Below the pieces are notes generated by a model, which was not told where the DNA came from, did no database searches, and saw nothing but the letters and a program-made list of their open reading frames with translations. Of a DNA stretch of 64,000 nt, positions 57,227-64,000 are shown piece after piece. The translations under genes were made by a program, and so were the position numbers. Source of the DNA: Octopus vulgaris. Its lineage: Eukaryota. How positions within the stretch are numbered: the stretch's first letter is position 1; each line of letters begins with the position of its first letter. Location: contig OX597823.1 in NCBI GenBank assembly GCA_951406725.2, forward strand, positions 40,424,001 to 40,488,000, given 5' to 3'.

Positions 57227-57806
57227 GATCGATCTATCGATCTGTCTGTCTGCCTGTCTGTCTAGACACATTCTCAAACGCGCGCGCACACACGTTTTCC
57301 TACTGTTATTCTTTCTCTTCCTTTCTGTCTTTTCTATATCCCCTCTCTCTCTCTCTCTCTCTCTCTCTTCCTTCCTCTCGGTCTCCCTGTTTCTGTCTTT
57401 CTGTGTCTCTTATTAGCCATTTCTTTCTCTCTAATTCTAAACGAACCTCTTTGCACCTTCCATTACTCTCTCTCTCTCTCTCTCTATCGCCTCACTTCTC
57501 TTTCTCTCCCACGCTCTCTCTCCTCAATCTCATTGTCTTTTTTTCTCTCTACCTGCTCATGTTTATTCTCAACTATTTTGCTACATGAACGCACATCTAC
57601 ACCTCACAAATACAAACAGAACGACTGAGAACAGAGTCATTTTTTTTTTTTTTTTGCTTTTTGTTTATTCCTCCCACTGAAGTCGTGATAAAAGAGAAAA
57701 AAAACTAGTACAAATTAGTGATACTAATCACAGACATATATACATATATACATCCGTGCGGCACAGATACACATGAGAGGTGTATGTTTACATGTGTCTA
57801 TCGAGA

Positions 57807-57846
<40 letters not shown>

Positions 57847-58105
57847 AATGTACATAGATATTTAGATATATAAATATATACTATATATAAGTATGTATGT
57901 ATGTATATATGTATATATGCATGTATGTATGTATATATGCATATATAGATATATATATACACACATGTGAATGTATATGTGTGTGTGTGAGTGTCTGTGT
58001 TCATATTTGCGGGAGAAAAATGTTTCGGCAGAGAGTTACAGAGACAAATAACAAACAGTGAAGCAGAGCCAGCTAGCCAGACAGATTGAATCGGAGACAA
58101 AGTGC

Positions 58106-58197
<92 letters not shown>

Positions 58198-59172
58198 GAG
58201 AGGGGGGAGAAAGAGATTTAGAAAAAAATTAGATACATCTAAACGGAGAGAGAAATAGATAGAACCAGTCACAGAGAAACAGATGGACAGATAGATTGAA
58301 CAAGGGAGAAGCAATCATATAAATACAATGCGATGGACAGAGAAATAGAAAGAACCAGATAGTCGTTTGCCTATCAAATAAAGACATATACAGATATAGA
58401 CAAATGTGTATTAGATAGACAGACAAAAGTCTGTCAGATTGACAGAGATAGATAGATAAATGTGTATCAGGTACACAGTGACAGATAGACAAATGTGTTT
58501 CAAATAGACAGACGGAAAGGAAAAATTGTAACAGCAATATAATCAATCTGTCAGAGTGAGAAATAGAAAGAAGTTACGATGTTAAGGTGTTTTGTATTGA
58601 ATATCTGTTTATGATAACAAAAAGACGAAATTCGCGCCAAACCGAATAAGATTTGCTTTATCAGGAACATGGTGTTAGGCGTCAAGTCGATAAGGCGATT
58701 AACAATAGCTAGCTCGAAGGTTCGTATCCTGAAATGTGGGACTGTTGCTAGGCTGAGTTTGTAACTACAAAAACACTTGACTCCCAAACAACCCGTCTAT
58801 TTAGTTATGAATGATTACTGCATGGTGTAGGTAATCCACCGTTGGTAGAAAATGTAGTAATGTAGTAAAGATGAGTGTTTTGGTGACTTGTTGGAGGCTT
58901 GGGGGAGGAAGGAAGCTTGAAATGGCTTCAACACGACTAAAGTTTCTTTTTGTTCTATAAAAAGACGACGTTTTGTTTAGTAATAACCCCAAATCCCAGT
59001 GGAGTTTTGAATCATTTTTACTATATCTCTATTTTACACAGTGTAGGTGTTTAAAAGAAGTTACTGACATCGTAGATTTTCCCTAGGAAACGCAGCTAAA
59101 TAGTCCCCTGTTAATTTCCCAAGAAAGTTTCTTAGAAGTAACTGGTTTGGTTACTGCAGTCTTACCTTGTGC

Positions 59173-59260
<88 letters not shown>

Positions 59261-59261
59261 T

Positions 59262-59815
59262 GCCCTGATGCAGTACCAGGCAGTGGCTCTCATGGCTTCT
59301 GATCTTAACTGATTGGAAGTGTTATCATGTACATTGTTTTGTCTTGGTATAAAAGATGGGCTACAGCAAATATTCTGCTCAATACCACAGATTTGCTTGT
59401 CAGTTGTTTGACCTTAACCAGTTGAGCATGTCCCTTAGTGGCTGACGATATGTGCATCTCTGATCACGAGCAGAAGTAGTGGGGGAGCATCATAGCCATG
59501 TGTTGAGAAGGATTCTTTGGGGTTTGAATAATTCACCTCTGGAAACATGGGTGTTTCGTTCAACGTCCTTAAACAACTCTTATTCAGGGACCTTTTGAGC
59601 GGGATGGGTTACTCGATCTGAAGAAAATTCTAACTGGGCTCCACCTGCAAGGTCATGTGCTGTTTATCTTGATATGAGATCACCATGTCGCGCACATATG
59701 GTTGTGATGCATGTGCCTGGTGTACCCTTATCAGACGGGTAGTCATGATGGGTATACTGGGCTTCGTATATTTTACCCCAGTGTCACTTTGATGGCATGC
59801 TCTGCTCGCTCACTC
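59262..59815 (+). mobile_element. Element D, full length (554 bp)
   Basis: Flanked by (TAA)n on both sides; same termini as the other copies. Confidence 0.93.
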
Positions 59816-59867
<52 letters not shown>

Positions 59868-60807
59868 GTAATAATAACAATAATAATAACAATAATTGGT
59901 AGACATCAGTTATTATTTATTGATTACAAAAAGACTATCTCTTCTAACAGATGTTTCTGTTTGCGCTATTTTGGGTATAATCAGGCTTAATTATTACAAT
60001 AATAATAATTATCACTGTTAATAATTTTACCATTTAAACAGTGGAACATCAGCAGAGCGGAAAAATAAAGAAAAAACAAAAAAAGAAAAAGAAGGAGAAA
60101 AAGAGAAAATTAGGATATACCAATTGATGTTACAAGCTATCCCTCTGAATACCTTTCGACCGACTGAAAAATTTAGTTATACAATTAGAATAGTTATAAT
60201 ATTTAGTGGTACATACCTATCTACAAGGTGGGGTGGGGTTAACTGTTATCATATTAAGTTCCGTAACTCTCGGTATTTTTCTTTTTACTTTTTATTTAAC
60301 GACTTAACTAAAATGCGCCAACAAAAATGCTCCAACAGAAACAGCCGTTAGAGGATTGTAATCAATAAACAATAATTGATGGTTATCAATTATCAATTTT
60401 ATCTCCATTTTCTTATTTTTTCTTAAATATAGATAAACTTCGGTTTAGCCCTTTCCTTACCTATCATTTATAAGCATTAATACTAACTAGCAAATCTACC
60501 TATCTACGATGGAGGCATAATTTGAAGGAGGGAAGTCATAACAGCAGTATGTATTGAAAAATGTGTAAATCGATTTTAATATGAATATGATTACAAAACC
60601 TCTTTGTAGACAATATTTCGTGTGTGGTCGTCACTAATTTTCAAATTACTGGAGTCCGTTACCCTATTCATAGCGACGTATAACTGGCTGTGTGTAAACA
60701 TCGGAGTGGGCAAAAATGCATCTACACGATCTAAAGTCTGGACCTGTGCCTTGTTTGCTGTAAATGAGAATACCAGTTTTACAGGAAACTACACTTGTCT
60801 TGATTTT

Positions 60808-60972
60808 CGGCGAGCTCGAGTGTTCCGTATTTCTTCCGAAGCTCTCACTTGAGAATTTTTACGTGTTACTTGGCGAGCTAGTGTCCCAACTCTGTTCCGA
60901 AGCTCTTACTTGAGGATTTCTTTGTTATGTGGCGAGCTAGCTGTCCCTGCTCTGTTCTGATGCTCCCACTTC
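60808..60972. repeat. Three diverged ~60-bp tandem units
   Basis: GGCGAGCT..TGT.CC..TTCYGAWGCTCY.ACTT repeated three times. Confidence 0.75.
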
Positions 60973-61618
60973 TATATTACAGCGAATTCTGTAATATGCT
61001 GTGTCCGTTTGCCAGTCTCATACGAAAGAGTTTGGAGACGACATTATGAATTGTCAATGGTGTTGACGTCACACATTGAGGTAACATATTCTGGTAGCAT
61101 GTAAGTCAGAGATATGCTGCCGAGGGAGATAACTCAGCTGTTTTAATTGTTCTCTTCCTCTTGTTCCTCCTCTCCGTGTTGCTCCTCGTCGTCGTCATCG
61201 TTGTCCTCCTCCTCCTCCTCCTCCTCCTCCTCCTCCTCCTCCCCTTCCCCTTCCTGCTCCACCTGTTCCTGCTTCTGCTGCCGCCCTTGCTGTTCCTACT
61301 CCTTCCGATTTGTATTTCACCCATGCATTGTCTCTAATGATCTTTAGCCTTTGTGGCAAATAAGTAGACACTTCCATTTTCGGTCAGTTTCTCAGTGGCT
61401 TCCTTCCAGACCCACTTGGAATGGAAAGTGACGATGGAGAGGAAAATGCTCTCCTTCACAAGGGTTTCTGGTGGTCAGAGTCATTTAACTTTGTAGGGTT
61501 CTTTCATTGGCACTAGTTGAGGGTTCTCGACAAATAATTAGGGTCTCCTCCTCTTCTTCTTCTTCTTCTTCTTCTTCTTCTTCTTCTTCTTCTTCTTCTT
61601 CTTCTTCTTCTTCTTTTT

Positions 61619-62262
<644 letters not shown>

Positions 62263-62321
62263 GAGTGAGAGAGCAGTTCATGCCATCAAAGTGACACTGG
62301 GGTAAAATATACGAAGCCCAA

Positions 62322-62323
<2 letters not shown>
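62263..62323 (-). mobile_element. Element D, 3'-terminal ~60 bp only
   Basis: Reverse complement of the D 3' end, embedded in (TTA)n. Confidence 0.9.
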
Positions 62324-62391
<68 letters not shown>

Positions 62392-62614
62392 TTCATTGTC
62401 ATCTTTAAATTCTGTTTCCATTTCTAGTCGAGTATCTTCTTGACAGCTAGGGTAGAGAAACGCACTGTGTACATTGGTAAGCAATTAAAATAAACATACC
62501 AGATTGTTCATTTACAAAGTCATGTGATAGAGAAAAGAGAAAAAAAAAGGAAGAAAAATAAAAGATAAAAACGTAAACAAATAAAATAAGAGAGGTAAAA
62601 ATGAAAAAAATAAT

Positions 62615-62803
62615 TCACAGAGACAATGTTCTTCTCAGTACCTGTGATATACCAGCTAAGACAATCTGTTGCGCTTCCTGCCTGGATGATAAGCCAAAGA
62701 TCTTTCTGAATTTTCAGTTCATTTTTTTTTATCATTCCGAGTGCTCCTACAATAACTGGTACTGTAACCGTTTTGAGATGCCACATCTTGTCGATTTCGA
62801 AAA
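62615..62803 (-). mobile_element. Degraded 3' end of another Dong-like LINE
   Basis: MWHLKTVTVPVIVGALGMIKK and LRRTLS resemble the C-terminus at 42.2-42.4 kb. Confidence 0.75.
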
Positions 62804-63157
62804 TTATTATTGTTGTTGTTGGTGGTGGTGGTGCTGGTGCTGCTGTTGTTGTTGTTGGTGCTGTTGTAGTTCTTGTTGTTGTTATTATTATTAGTATTAT
62901 AATTGTTATTATTGTTTTTATACTAGCACAATGTGTATCCTAACTATTCGAATAACTGTCTTTGAGCACCCAATCAGTGGCAATGTCAACATTCTCAACA
63001 CACAGCAGGCAGCTCACACTGTTATAACAGCTGCTCCCACCTACCATTAATATAAATAACGACTTGAATTACACAACTACAGCAGTTGCTGCAGCTGGTC
63101 TTTCTTCTCCCATTATAGAAACGACTTCTATAGCAACTGCTGTGGCTGCTGCTGCAG

Positions 63158-63225
<68 letters not shown>

Positions 63226-63238
63226 GCTACTGCTGCTG

Positions 63239-63297
<59 letters not shown>

Positions 63298-63794
63298 GTT
63301 ACTATTGTTGCAAATGCGTCATCCTCACCAGTCAATCTAGTTGCCTTGCCTGCAAGTAGCAGAAGTTAAATGATACACAAACATCTTACAAATAAAACAA
63401 AGGAGATGTTTAGATGACAGAACAGTAGAAATCTTTAAACAGACAAGATAGTCACGACTGGAGTGCCGGTGATGATAGAGGCTGACCGACGATGTTTGAC
63501 CACGAACTAAAGAACAACCACTATCACTACTACAACTGAACGCAGAGGGTTCAATAGTGACCTCATGCAAATTCTGCTTTAGGGAATCATAGAAATAATT
63601 GCTCCGTGAATCATGTCTGATGGTTCAATCATACATCTACCTGGGTGGCATAGAATCGTTCTTTTAGGGTTGACTTAGAACAGTAGTGGCGAACCCTTTA
63701 TAGCTCAGTGGGTTAAAGCTTGAATTACTTCAATATTCCTGTTATCTTAATGTCATTTACGACTACCAGTTTTATACTTGGTGCAACTGACGTA

Positions 63795-64000
63795 ACTCTT
63801 TTACTCTTTCACTTGCTTATCAGTCATGTGACTGTGGCCATGCTGGAGCACCGCCTTTAGTCGAGCAAATCGACCCCAGGACTTATTCTTTGTAAGCCTA
63901 TTACTTATTCTATCGGTCTCTTTTGCCGAACCGCTAAGTTACGGAGACGTAAACACACCAGCATCGGTTGTCAAATGATGTTGGCGGACAAACGCAGACA
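63795..64000 (-). mobile_element. SINE family B 3' half, cut by the window edge
   Basis: Matches 30883-31080. Confidence 0.88.

Noticed and set aside
59262-59815. Element D as telomerase RNA, 7SL, U snRNA or an HDV/hammerhead ribozyme
   Set aside because: No CCCTAA template, no recognisable conserved boxes, and no complete ribozyme core could be fitted by eye
63064-63369. Thr/Ala-rich mucin-like exon
   Set aside because: The core is an (ACT)n/(GCT)n repeat, there is an in-frame stop shortly upstream and no splice support; it cannot be excluded without RNA data

Overview
AT-rich, microsatellite-saturated eukaryotic DNA. I recognise no host-gene exon, and nearly all ORFs in the track are translated simple repeats. 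The SINE families and repeat landscape resemble an Octopus (cephalopod) genome; this is recognition, not a database result. The window is a transposon graveyard. It holds an R4/Dong-clade LINE with RT, CCHC knuckle and restriction-like endonuclease (40.2-42.5 kb), two 3' fragments of it and older relatives, all but one in (TAA)n. It also holds a young L1/Tx1-type 3' fragment ending in (TATC)n, Penelope-like GIY-YIG fragments with hammerhead-ribozyme motifs next to (TA)n, RTE and CR1-like remnants, three tRNA-derived SINE families, mariner pieces, Helitron-type elements and a U6 fragment. The most notable items are: (1) a non-coding 554-bp element (element D) with fixed ends, present five times, always in (TAA)n-type tracts and in the same register as Dong; (2) an 11-copy 23-mer array at the 5' junction of one D copy; (3) an apparently intact type I hammerhead plus recurrent CCGACGA-core variants; (4) a SINE trimer inserted as one unit with a recurrent junction; (5) a 510-bp fold-back element.
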